From positions 50,096,001-50,160,000 of the forward strand of contig CM060734.1 in the NCBI GenBank assembly GCA_030704615.1: a stretch of 64,000 bases of DNA, given 5' to 3'. Source of the DNA: Takakia lepidozioides. Lineage: Eukaryota; Plantae; Bryophyta. Position numbers and translations under genes: made by a program. Positions 1 to 11,129 of the stretch are shown in pieces (the first letter of the stretch is position 1; every line of letters begins with the position of its first letter). The notes under the pieces were generated by a model. That model was not told the origin of the DNA. It saw only the letters and a program-made list of their open reading frames with translations, and ran no database searches.

Positions 1-1148
1 TCGGGATCTCAACTCCGGTTGGGCTGGATCTCTAACATGCAGACGACCCTCGTTGTCTTACAATAGACAACGAGTTATAATCCATAAAACTAAAAAAATC
101 CAAGGTGGTCATTACTTCCACACTTGGAGCGTGCTGTCAAGTTATTTTACCACTAGTGTGAAGTTAGCTAGGAAATAGCTAGTTTTTATATATTGACATT
201 TGGGATTGATCCAAGTGTCAATCCAGGGGCCAATACATGTTTGGGCATCTGGCGTTGTTATCTTCACGACAGATCGCGGTGGGCTCATCTTTCTCGAGTT
301 GAGCCTCACCGCGCCTAGCTATGGCGCTGTAGTGTGGATTCCCCATGGCGTGGGGTGCACTTGGCTTGACTTGTATTTGAGTGATGAGTTTATATATGCA
401 TGAGTTTATGCTTCAGCTTTGTGAGCTCGCATGAGCTTGTGCTTGTATTCTTCTTCTTTATCACTCGAGAAAGATCAGCTCGTATCTGTGAGTGCCAGAT
501 ACGAGTTAGTTGTAGCACTTGTGGTTTTTGCTTGAGAATGAGAGAAACCAGGTTATTATGCAAGGAGCATCATGGAGCTCTTGGTTGCTAGAAGCGGAGG
601 CGATGTGGGTTACGAGGTGGTAGACCTTGGCATTCGATCTTCAGCTTCAGAGATGAAAGCACCATGCTGCAGGTAATTCCAGAGCACCTTGATGGTTTCA
701 GATTGTGTACATGCATGAGCAAGCACGATTGGGAAGAGGACCAGTCAAGAGCAGGTTATAGTGGCTTTGGTGGCAAATCTGAGAACTAGCCTTGGGAATG
801 CGAGCTTTTCATTGTGGGAAAGATTGCAAGACCAAGCGAAAGGGCTGATTTGGCTTGGGGCAAATCAGTGCATTTTGTGGAGTATGTTGAGATTGGGTTT
901 CAATCTCGAGCTTCAGCATTGAGAGGGCTCTTGTCATGGCAAGAGCAGGGCTGGAACAGGAGCTAAGAGGTACGGCAAAACAATGGAATGTGCACCTAGG
1001 GTTTCAGAGCTTGGAAGAAGAGCTCTTGCACCACAAGAGAAGTGTCTTGTGGCTGGAAATGTAAGCCTTAGGGTTTCAGGAGCTTGGCAAAGGCTGTGGA
1101 GTGCTTAGTCTTGTCTTAGAGAGCATCAATAAGCCAAGGAGCCAAGAT

Positions 1149-1520
1149 AGGGGCTGATACCTCTTGTGTGAAGAGGTTGCATGTGTGGAGCATGTATTCA
1201 GCTCATTGAAGCTTCCATCTTCAAGCTTGGAGGGCAAGCAAGGAAGAGGGAAGGGCTGACTTCCCTTATGTGAGGGCAATGCATGTATGAAGCATGTTTT
1301 CAGCCTGTTGAAGGCTTGTACTTTCAGGTTTGGGAGTGCAAGAAAGGAAGCAAAGGGGCTGATTCTCTTGTGGTGAGAGTGGGGCATGTGTGGAGCATGC
1401 CTTCAGTCCATTGGGCTTTTGTTTTCAAGCTTTAGAGAACTAGAAGAGAAGGTAAGGGGCTGATCTGCTCTTATGTGATAGTCCGACACTTGTAGAGCAT
1501 GTTCTTAGTTGGGGTTTCAA
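1149..1520. repeat. Degenerate ~102-bp tandem repeat, about 4 copies (plus a more diverged copy at ~840), probably in the LTR/leader of the adjacent Gypsy element
   Basis: Units start at ~1149, 1251, 1353 and 1454 with A(A/G)GGGCTGA(T/C)..C(T/C)CTT(A/G)TG, followed by a GCATG..TG(G/A)AGCATG-like block. Confidence 0.7.
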
Positions 1521-1914
1521 CCTCTATCCTAGATAGAGCATGGCTCTTGAAGTGGCAGATGTAGGGGGCTGGAATAGGCTCTAAAACAAATGCTATGGCC
1601 AAGGAAAACGCTTGAATGAGTGCTCACAAGGGCTGGAAACCAGCAAGGCTTGGTTGTTTGTCATTGAGTTTAATGGCGTGTTTGGGGAGTCTAAGTGAGA
1701 AAGAAGGCTTGGTTTGTGGCAACCATCTTCCTCATGGCTTAGGGCTACTATTGGTGGTGTGTGGGAGCCGAAAGAGCAAGAATACCTTGCTGATTTCTTC
1801 ACAGCCGCCATAGCTCGGTGTAAAGAAGCCTAGAGTCCAAGAGACACAAACCCTAGCTTGGCGTGGCTAAACCCCTTGGAGAAATGGCTAAACTGCCATG
1901 AGTGGCCATGGATG

Positions 1915-2720
1915 GGGCTGTGAGGGGCTGTGAGGGGTTGTGACAGGCTGTGCCATGTGCCCTGTGACCCCTCTGACCTGTGACAGGCTGTGATGGGCTG
2001 TGCCCTGTGGCCTGTGGGGCTGTGACGGGCTGTGACAGGCTATGACAGGCTGTGGCCTTTGGGGCTATGACCCCTGTGACCTGTGTAGGGCTGTGACAGG
2101 CTGTAGCCTTTGGGCTGTGACCCCTGTGACCTGTGTAGGGCTGTGACAGGGTGTGATGGGATGTGAGGGGCTATGACAGGCTGTGCCCTGTGGCCTGTGG
2201 GGCTATGACGGGCTATGACAGACTATGATAGGTTGTGGCTTTTGGGGCTGTGACCCCTCTGACCTATGTAGGGCTGTGACGGGCTGTGACGGGCTGTGGC
2301 CTTTGGGGCTGTGACCCCTGTGACCTGTGTAGGGCTGTGACAGGCTGCGGCCTTTGGGGCTGTGACCTATGTGACCTGTGTAGGGCTGTGATAGTCTGTG
2401 ACAGGTTGTGAGGGGCTGTGACAGGCTGTGTGGCCTTTGGGGTTGTGACCCCTGTGACCTGTGTAGGACTGTGACAGCCTATGACCTGTGGCTTTTGGGG
2501 CTGTGACGGGCTGTGACGGGCTATGACAGGATGTGGACTGTGGGGCTGTGACGGGCTATGACAGGATGTGGCCTTTGGGTCTGTGACCTCTCTGACTTGT
2601 GTAGGGCTGTGATGGGCTGTGACCTTTGGGGTTGTGACAGGCTGTGACCTGTGGCTTTTGGGGCTGTGACGGGCTGTGGCCCGTGTGGGGCTGTGACGGC
2701 TGTGACCAATGATGTGTGTA
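1915..2720. repeat. G-rich minisatellite array (GGGCTGTGAC-type ~10-mers in a ~50-bp higher-order unit)
   Basis: Dozens of GGCTGTGAC/GGCTATGAC units are directly visible, with the recurring block CCTTTGGGGCTGTGACCCCTGTGACCTGTGTAGGG. Confidence 0.95.
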
Positions 2721-3655
2721 GGCCTGTGCTGGTCTGTGGTGGCCCGTGTTGATATGTGGACGGCCTGTGCTGACTCGTGGAGGCACTGGTGGACTGCCTA
2801 AGGACCGACATGTCTTGAAGGCCGATTTTTGAAGCTCGTGGAGGGCGGTTTGAGGAGTATCTTCATGATATTTCCATGGTCATGCAAGTGAGGGAAGAGA
2901 GGAGAAAAAAAGTGTTGGGATGAGGGCATGCTGGGGTTAGGCATTGCTTTAGCTTCTCTTTCTCGTAGTTTTCCACCCTCTCATTAGGCCAAGACCTTTC
3001 CGTAGGTGGAGACAAGAGTCAGTCCGGGTTTGGGTTGGGGTATCCTTGCAGGAGCAACACCGTGGAGTTGTTTTGGTATGGGGGAGTTGTCATTCTGATT
3101 TCTTGTGTTTGGATCCCCTCCATATCTGCATGCTTGATTGTGCACCATGTTAGTTTTGTGTGGGCGCTTGTTTTTATAGATGATTGGTCCGGATTTGATC
3201 ACCGGCCAGTCCTACAACATGTTGTCGATGGCGAGGCTGGGGTGATGACCAGTCAGACCATCATTGTTTCTCTTGTGGTGAGGTTGGAGGTGATGACCAG
3301 CCAACCATAGGAGTGCTTGCGGTGGATGCAGGTGCAGGTGTAGGCTGTGTTAGGAACCTAGTATTCCAAACCATAAGCCGCAACAGGTTCTCTACCCAGT
3401 TACCTTGTGGAGAGGGGGTTAGAGACATGTTCATGACCGGTTGAGTGACAGTTTGTCAACACGGAGGTGCCACTAGTTGCTGGGGACAATGCCGGTTTGA
3501 GCACTAGCGATACTAGTGGGTACACGAGACGAGATGTGTGGTTTAGGCCACCTTCACCTCTTGTGTCTTCTACGGAAGGTTCTAATTCGGATTGTGAATT
3601 AGGAGGATTCACACCGGCGGTGCAAGTTGTTTCGTTGCTATTGTTGTGGGACACA

Positions 3656-5228
3656 ATGGATGAGATCTATGGAGCTACCAAGGGGCCACGAAGGTACTCT
3701 GGGGCAGTGGGCACCATAGAGTTGGATGATTTTATCCAAGAGTTTGATAGTTGATGTGATTTGCAGCAAATGCGCAATCCACAACTATTTACGCCTTTCA
3801 TGGCATGGAAGAGGCTGTTTCGACACCTTGAGGGGCCGCCTATGGATGATTACCATGAGTTCAGGCAGGGGCATGAGGTTGAGATCGAGGAGTGGAGGAT
3901 GTACTGGTCACCCGACTATGTCTCCATGACTAGGGGCACTAGAGCCACGAGGGCAATGGCTACACCTGCCGCTGCACCGGCAGCTTCAGCAAGCAGCAGT
4001 GGGACTACTGGGACTGGTGATACCGTAGCTACGACGTCCACCCAAGCCACTACCGCACCAGCACCAGTACCCGTGCCTGCCTTCAACCCTGTTGTGGAGT
4101 TCTTCAAAGAGTTGAGAGGGAACTACCAAGGGGTGAGGACAGAGAAGTTGCGGAGCTTGCAAGAGTTCCAACGGAAGCCTACTGAGAGCTTGAGGGAGGC
4201 TTTCACTCGCATGAGGCGCTTGATAAATGTAACCCAAGGGGTTACGGAAGCTCAGGCAGTCCAATTCTGGTATGGGATATTGGACAAAGAGCTGAGGAGA
4301 AGGGTGCGGGATGCAACTGTCCTACAAGCGGCCCAACCCACCTTAGCAAATGTGTTTTTGCTGGCAAAGCGGATAGAGCTCAATATGGTGAAGGAACGAG
4401 TGGTCATGGTGGGATTTGCTAAGAAGACACCACGGGGTAGTGGTGCTCCTAGCCAACCACTATCTCAATGTGCTCAAGGCAACAAGGGGGCTCAGGTGAA
4501 GCTCAGGGAAGGGCAGAGAGGACCTCAGATGCAGGGGTCTCTCCCTTCATTTGCTGGCCAACAACGGGCGGATGTGGTGTGCTGGACATGTGGAGGACCC
4601 CATGTCAAGAAGAATTGCCCAGAGGGAGGCAAAGGGCCGACACATGCACAGCCTACACAGTTGCAGTGTGGGCATTGTGGCAAGCATGGGCATGGAGAGG
4701 CCCAGTGTTATGGTTTGCACCCTGAGTTGCGCCTAGGCCAGTTCCAAGGAAACAATGGTGGCCGGGGGCGAGGTGAAGCAGCCCAGAGATGACAAGGTGG
4801 TCAGGCACAAGGTGCATGCCAAGGGCAAGCTCAACATGGCCAAGGACGCAGAGGTCAGGGTGTTGATCAAGGCATGGCCAACTGGCTTCAGCAGCTAGAG
4901 CAGAGGCTCACTGCCATGGCTATAGCTCAGGTGGTACCGGCTCCAAGGCCGGATGGTCCACCTCCTGATCCTGAGGGAGGAGATATGGGAGGTATGGGAT
5001 TCATGTGCGAAGCAGCACTACCACTAGTGCAGGTGGAGTCTGCTGCAGCCGTGACTCGAGGAGCAGCACGAGTTCCTGAGCCACGAGGTGTAGAGGTGGA
5101 GTTGGATCCACAGCGTGGGGAGGCAAACCGTCAGGCTAGGCTTCCTCAGTCATTCACATTGGCGGAGACAGTGTCGACGCCATCCATGGCACCTAGTTCT
5201 CGCCCGACTGTTACCGAGGCGGAGGTCA
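3656..5228 (+). pseudogene. Ty3/Gypsy LTR-retrotransposon gag (degraded, truncated before pol)
   Basis: ORFs 3467-3754, 3761-4792 and 4874-5263 are all in one frame, broken by TGA at 3752 and 4790. Gag-like segment 'FQRKPTESLREAFTRMRRL...QAVQFWYGIL' plus two Zn knuckles (CWTCGGPHVKKNC, CGHCGKHGHGEAQC). Confidence 0.85.
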
Positions 5229-5790
5229 GGCTCCAAAACCTTGCATCAACCTGCTACTTATAGGTGGCAGATGGTTGAAAAGACATGTTTTCAACAAGGT
5301 GTTTTGAGAAGTGCACAACAATGCCACGACAAATGGGGACATCTTGAGACTTCCACAAGGTCTGTGACTATGAAAAGAAGATCTAAAATGAGAAGAAATC
5401 CTACTACCAAATGACCCCCCCCAGGAAAGAAAAGAAACCAAGATGCCCAAAACATATCTTCACCAAAAAGTCTTTGATGATTTGTCACAATGGTTTGTAA
5501 AGACCTCCAAGGTTTTCGAACCAGTTCGACACCTCTGCCATGGCCAGACCAAGAGGTAACATCACCCCTATTTTGGATACTCATGGATTTTTGGGTTCCC
5601 TACAAGTGCATATCAGTGCACATAATATCTGTAGGAATTTTGGCTGATGATAGATTTGTAAACAATATCGTGTTCATTAGGTAGTGAGTCTGATTCATCT
5701 TCTGAGGGAGAGAAGCTAGCGCGTAAGCAGGCTCACGCTTTGCACACTAAACGTGAGCACATTAGAGAAACACAACCTAAGTCATCTTTT
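5229..5790 (+). pseudogene. Myb/SANT-like (trihelix) DNA-binding protein fragment, frameshifted, probably from a PIF/Harbinger element
   Basis: 'PATYRWQMVEKTCFQQGVLRSAQQCHDKWGHL' and, after frameshifts, 'DFHKVCDYEKK...SYYQMTP.ERKETKMPK...VFDDLSQWF' match the trihelix W..V...C...G..RS..QC.DKW pattern. An acidic/basic exon-like segment follows at ~5682-5790. Confidence 0.7.
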
Positions 5791-6132
5791 AACTTTGTTC
5801 AATTAGAATGATCCACTGTCTTATAGAATGTATGTGCGATGAAAATGGGTTGTAAAAATTGAAGTCATTAAGAAAAAAATTGGACCATAAACATTGAGAT
5901 AAAATAATACACATGAACCAACGGAACATAGGAACTGCAATGCACGATTCTGTGAGCAGAATTAATCCCTCATCCGAGATTCCATCATGACAAGTCAGCT
6001 TTCGTTGACAAGCTTGATTTCTCTCGGCAAATCCAATCTCATAGAGTGGGGAGGAACATTGACCAGACCCAGTTATCGATTTGTCAATCTGCCTCTTCAT
6101 TTCTGTCACCTCTCTCCGCTACAAAAAAAACA

Positions 6133-7103
6133 TAGCAGAAGTGATGATCGTCTACGATTATCACGACATCTATCCATATGGTAAATGCCAAAAAAAAAAA
6201 AAAAAACAAACAAACTCAGAAATTAGAGCAGAAGTGACGATCGTCACGACATCTACATAAATGCCAACTGAAAAAAATAAAAATAAAATAAAAATAAAAA
6301 ACTAAAAAATCAGAGTACAAAATGATGATTGTCAACGATCATCACGACATCTACCCAATGCCAAATGGAAAAAATAATTTAAAAAAATAATTTAAAAAAA
6401 AACTAAAAAAATCAGAGCAGAAGTAATGATTGTCGACGATCACCACAATATCTATCCAAATGCCAGATAATTTTTTTTATAATAAAATTAAAATTAAAAT
6501 TAAAAAACTAAAAATTTAGAGCAGAAATCCTTGACGATCATCATGACATCTACCCACAGCAAAAAATAATATAAAATAATATTTTTTATTTATTAAAAAA
6601 ACAAAAACTGAAAAATCAGGACAGAAGTGATGATTTTCGACGATCATCCGCAACATCTACCCAAATGTCAAATAAAATATTTATAATAAAAATAATAAAA
6701 CTCAGAAATTAAAACAGAAGTGATGATCGTCGACGATCATCACGACATCTACCCAAATGTTAAACGCAGAAAGAAGGAAAGAAAAAAAAAAAACTCAGAA
6801 ATCAGAGCATAAGTGACGATCGTTGACGATCATCACGACATCTACCCAAGTGCTAAATTTTATAAAACAAAAATCATAAATCATAGCAGAAATGACAATC
6901 ATCACGACACAAATGCCAACTGAAAATAAATAAATAAATAAGCTAAAAAATCTGAGCAGAAGTGATGATAGTCGACGATCATCACGACATCTACCCAAAT
7001 GCTAAATGAAAAAAAAAAACCTCAGATATCAGATCAGAAGTGATGATCGTCGATCACTACATCAACAAATAAAATATAAATAATTTGATCAGAAGTGATG
7101 ATT
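6133..7103. repeat. Array of ~12 ~50-bp repeats with a palindromic core, separated by variable A-rich spacers (probable DNA-transposon subterminal array)
   Basis: Consensus TCAGAGCAGAAGTGATGATCGTCGACGATCATCACGACATCTACCCAAATG. Perfect 24-bp palindrome GTGATGATCGTCGACGATCATCAC at 6720-6743. Confidence 0.9.
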
Positions 7104-8144
7104 TGGGAGGGAGAATCGTACCATTTGTGGACTTGTTGCGTTCACAAAAATATGGACTACTGCCCACATTTTGACATCTCTTATCCACGGTAATAGGCCT
7201 TCTGTACCTTTGCTGTCCGCGATTATAAGCCCTATGCGGTCCACGTCACCTTGGAACGTGAGCATAATTCTGCTCACGAAATTTTTCGCTAACGTGAGCA
7301 GCTCACAAACTAGCAGTCCTATCTCTGAGGAGTTGATTGAGACTTCGTCATCCACTACAAAATGTCGACAATTCTCTCATAAATCAGCCGAGAGAAAATG
7401 TGGGGCCCACGGAAGCTGCGACGTTTTTCATTGTTTCACCTAAATTCCATTTCAAATTTGTCTGTCAGGAAGATGCGCGCGCTGAGCGGAATGCAACCAC
7501 CCATCACCTGTAAGATTGAACGACACTAAATGACATGCTGAAACGTGTCTCGGTTGACCGGAGCTGACGGTTTAGATATTTATTGTCATTGCAGCTAGAT
7601 TGCGATGGCAGCTCATAGCAGCTTTGAGTCATGTGTGCAAGCGGAGCGGTGTCACGTTCTATTGTACCTTCGGGCTATCTATACATTTGAATAATGCCAA
7701 TGATTATATGCTTTGTGTTAAGTGGCATAATGGAGAGAAAGTCTTGAAGAAGAAGGTATAGGTAGAGGGTTCTAAAGGTGCAATCTATGTGCAATCTGTG
7801 CACGTAGCTCTGCCGAAGATAGTATTTGATCGCAAAAGTCTTGTGGGTGGTCAAACCTTTGCTATATATATTTATCGAAGATAAAATTTATAATATTTTT
7901 GAAATAAAATTTGGTGTCCTTATTTGTGGATATTGTATTTAAATAAAAATAGGGTTATGAATATATGCTCAAATTATATATCTTTTAGAACTAATATAGG
8001 GTGTCGCAATTGCAAGGGATATGTGTCGTTCATTCTATGGCCCAGATTTCAGGAAATCTGCCAAAATCTCGAAAAGAAATTAAAGTTTAACCAATGATAA
8101 AAGCCCGGTTTGGGCTCGATGGGCGTTTAAGGGTTAAAAGAAAC

Positions 8145-8771
8145 GGAAGATAATAGGAATAATGTAAGAACTTAATGGACACATGCAACCTCTGACAGGA
8201 TGGTATGCCTGTTTTCGGCATGTCAAATTTTCCCCACACTCTCTTGAGAGTGACATGGAACTGAATGACTGTAAACTCTAGTCGAGATTACACTGGGTTA
8301 CACAGTGAGGTGTCCACTTGGGGTTACATGGGGTTACACGACGAGGTGTGTAACTCCACTTGGGGGTTACACAAAATGGAGTGTAACTCCACTCGGTGTA
8401 ACTCACATTTTGTCTCGAAATTTGACAAAGTCCGAATTTGGCCAAGTATAAAATGGACTAACCAGGGTTACATGAGAGACCGGGGTTATGTAACCCGGAC
8501 TAACCAGGGTTACATAAGAGACGGGGTTACGCTACAAGAGCCTCACATCAACAATTGAACCCAGAACTCGCTACTTGCAATGCTATCACCTTTACCATCA
8601 CGCTGCCCACCATTTGGATTCTTAAGTATTTAATAGTGAAACCGAGGTAAGAGGGGGTGGGGAGGATTTGACAGGTCCCCGACTGGAGGAGCAGAGCCTG
8701 CCGGAATCCGACAAAAGTACCGTCAGATCGCATGCGTCCATTAAGTTCTTACATTATTCCTATTATCTTCC
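8145..8771. mobile_element. MITE-like element with long imperfect terminal inverted repeats
   Basis: GGAAGATAATAGGAATAATGTAAGAACTTAATGGAC(A/G)CATGC at 8145-8186 is inverted at 8730-8771. A further inverted match (TGTCAAAT..TCCCCAC.C.CTCTT) lies inside, with internal GGGTTAC/GTAAC repeats. TSD not resolved. Confidence 0.8.
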
Positions 8772-9339
8772 TGTCGGGAGCATATAACAAAATGAAGTAC
8801 AATATCTCTTGAACGTTTTGTTGGCATTGCCTTCTCAAGGCAGGACAAAAGGCAAGACTACGCGAAGGGTTTAAGAGTCTCAAGGCTAGAGAATTTTCAT
8901 GGAGCCATTCATCGATTGACATTTTCAGTTTTCATTTACTTGCTCGTGTTGACCACATATTGTAGTTGTTTTAAAAATTTATTTCTCATTTCCCGATCCA
9001 TTCATAAGTACAAATATTTATTGGTCCTACCTTCCTAAGGCAAGACTACGTAAAGGGTTTTGATTCTTAGCACCGATACTCTCAATTACGTTTTGAATTA
9101 GTTCAAATTGGATTATGTCATCCATATTTATAGATGGATGAAATATGCAAATGTGATGTAGTTCATTGGGTAACTAGACTAGACAAATGCACAAAGGATA
9201 CATGTTGCGAAAAACCCATAGATCCAGGTCATGGAATGTTCGAGGGATGTGCACGCAATGTATAATCTTCCAAATTTTTACAACCTATTCATAATTATAA
9301 TAGGGCATGGCTTGTATGTATTCCATGCATTTGTTTTCT

Positions 9340-10640
9340 CACCGCATTCCCATATTGTGGAATTCCCTTCCGTCTTCTTGCATTCCAACTAACATCCAAC
9401 AAATAGCCCAACTAACAAACGGTCCTGGGTTCAAAGCCACATATCCAGATTTTCAATTTATCAATTACTACTAAACAAAAAGACAACTACTCGGGAGAGC
9501 CTACGCGAGAGCCTCTGAGAAGATAAAGGATAAAGTTTCCTTAACATCCAGTGAATTTACAGAACCTACTGCTCAACACACAGGCCAAGGGCCCAATGGA
9601 CGGTTTGAAGGCACACATTGAAGGATTGAACCCAGGATCACCTAGGTTATGCACACGCAAGGCACAAACACCCAACCGCTGGGCTACCTCCTCAAGTCAC
9701 CTCGCAATGAGTCGCAGAAGGTCCATGGGCGGAACGGGGAGAAGATTATACCACACCCGACTAGTAGCTAGCAAGAGTTTGAGCCCAGACTCATCTGAGT
9801 GGGCACTCAGTGCACTAGCCAAACTGGTGATTTACTTCAGGTTCAGGGTTGATTTAGGGTTGATTTACCCCTCTCACTGCAAGGGCTCTGTATACTAAAG
9901 GCTTGTGACTTGTCCTTCCAAGAATAAGTTACTTTCCCTCAAAACAAAAAGGAAAACCCTGCTGTTGGAGAGAGGCGTTGAAACCGCCATTGGAACAACC
10001 TGCAGGGAGGTTAATTTGAAAGAATAAAAACATGTAAATAATTTTTTCTTTCCGGAAGCCATTGGAACAACCTGCACCGCATTCACACTTTGTGGAATTC
10101 CCTTCCGTCTCCTTTCATTCTAACTAACATCCAACAAATATCCTAACTAACAAGCGGTAGTGGGTTCAAAGCCACATATGCAGATTTGCGGTTTATCAAT
10201 TACAAAAAGACAACTACTCGGGAGCCTCCAAGAGCCTCTGAGAAGAGAAAATAACCTCTTTCAAAGTACCTAACCTCGCAATGAGACGCACAAGGTCCAT
10301 GGGACACCGCCCAACGGAAGCGGGAGAAAATTATACCACACCCCATTAGCTAGCAAGAGTTTGACCCCAGAATCATCTGAGTGGGCACACTATCCAACTG
10401 GTGGTTGACTTTAGGTTTAGAGTTAATATAGGGTTAATTTAGGGTTAATTTACCAAGGGCTCTGTATACTAAAGGCTTATGACTTGTCCTTCCAAGAATA
10501 CTTTCTCTCAAAACAAAAAGGAAAACCCTGCTGTTGGAGAGTAACCTATTACCTGCTCCATCATGCTACCGCCATTGGAACAACCTGCAGGGAGGTTAAA
10601 AATTATAAAAATATGTAAATAATTTTTTCTTTTCGGAAGC
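9340..10640. repeat. Tandem duplication upstream of RCE1 (copy 1 ~9340-10060, copy 2 ~10075-10640)
   Basis: Both copies start CACCGCATTC..TTGTGGAATTCCCTTCCGTCT and end ATTTTTTCTTT(T/C)CGGAAGC, with many colinear shared blocks. Confidence 0.9.
9545..9693 (-). mobile_element. tRNA-derived SINE-like insertion
   Basis: Minus-strand Pol III A-box TAGCCCAGCGG (9686-9676) and B-box GGGTTCAATCC (9633-9623), 42 nt apart. The segment is present in duplication copy 1 and absent from copy 2. Confidence 0.65.
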
Positions 10641-10658
10641 TGTGCGACCGTGACAACT

Positions 10659-10730
10659 TGGGCCCGTCCGTTGGTCGGAGGAGGCGCGGGTGAGAGTCGC
10701 CACGTGGCAGGTGTCCAGGCGGGGCCCGTT
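10659..10730 (+). promoter_or_regulatory. Probable RCE1 proximal promoter: site II-like GGGCCC motifs and a palindromic G-box
   Basis: TGGGCCCG at ~10659, GCCACGTGGC at 10699-10708 and GGGGCCCG at ~10721, about 400 bp upstream of the ATG. Confidence 0.45.
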
Positions 10731-11129
10731 CCTCCTTCTACCTAGCCCTAGAGCTTTTATGGAGCGAGGCTTGCTGTTTCTCTGCTCGGCCTGGAATCGG
10801 AACTGAAATCGTCTGGCACGGTGGGAGAACAGACAACAGAGCGCAGCAATTGGGAGCAAATTGGCACAGGCATGCCACCGTTTCTTCCCTTCCTGCTTCA
10901 CTCTTTTGGAGCCCGTAAATTTGGTGTATTTGCAACTGGAGGGCGACAGCGGTTCCCTGTCTTCCCTGCTGCTTTTTTCCTTTGGCATCCTGAGGTGATT
11001 GTAACCTGTTCAATCACTTGTAGGTGACGGGGATGTGGAGGACATGGATATGATTCCGATTTACTCTATTTGAGCTTTGACTGTGACGGTCCTACTTGAT
11101 GTTTGGTTCTGGCAGGCACTGGACACACG

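Noticed and set aside
2521-2811. ORFs across the minisatellite, and GC-rich ORFs at 20760-21292 and 33830-34567
   Set aside because: These are by-products of repeats, a poly-C tract and CACTA subterminal repeats, with no protein motifs.
3381-3400. LTR end plus PBS (AACA|GGTTCTCTACCCAG)
   Set aside because: It only loosely resembles the half-tRNA-iMet PBS, no complementary self-priming sequence was found, and there is no second LTR to confirm the boundary.
6133-7103. CRISPR array
   Set aside because: The spacers are low-complexity A/T tracts, the repeats are degenerate, there are no cas genes, and the context is a eukaryotic TE.
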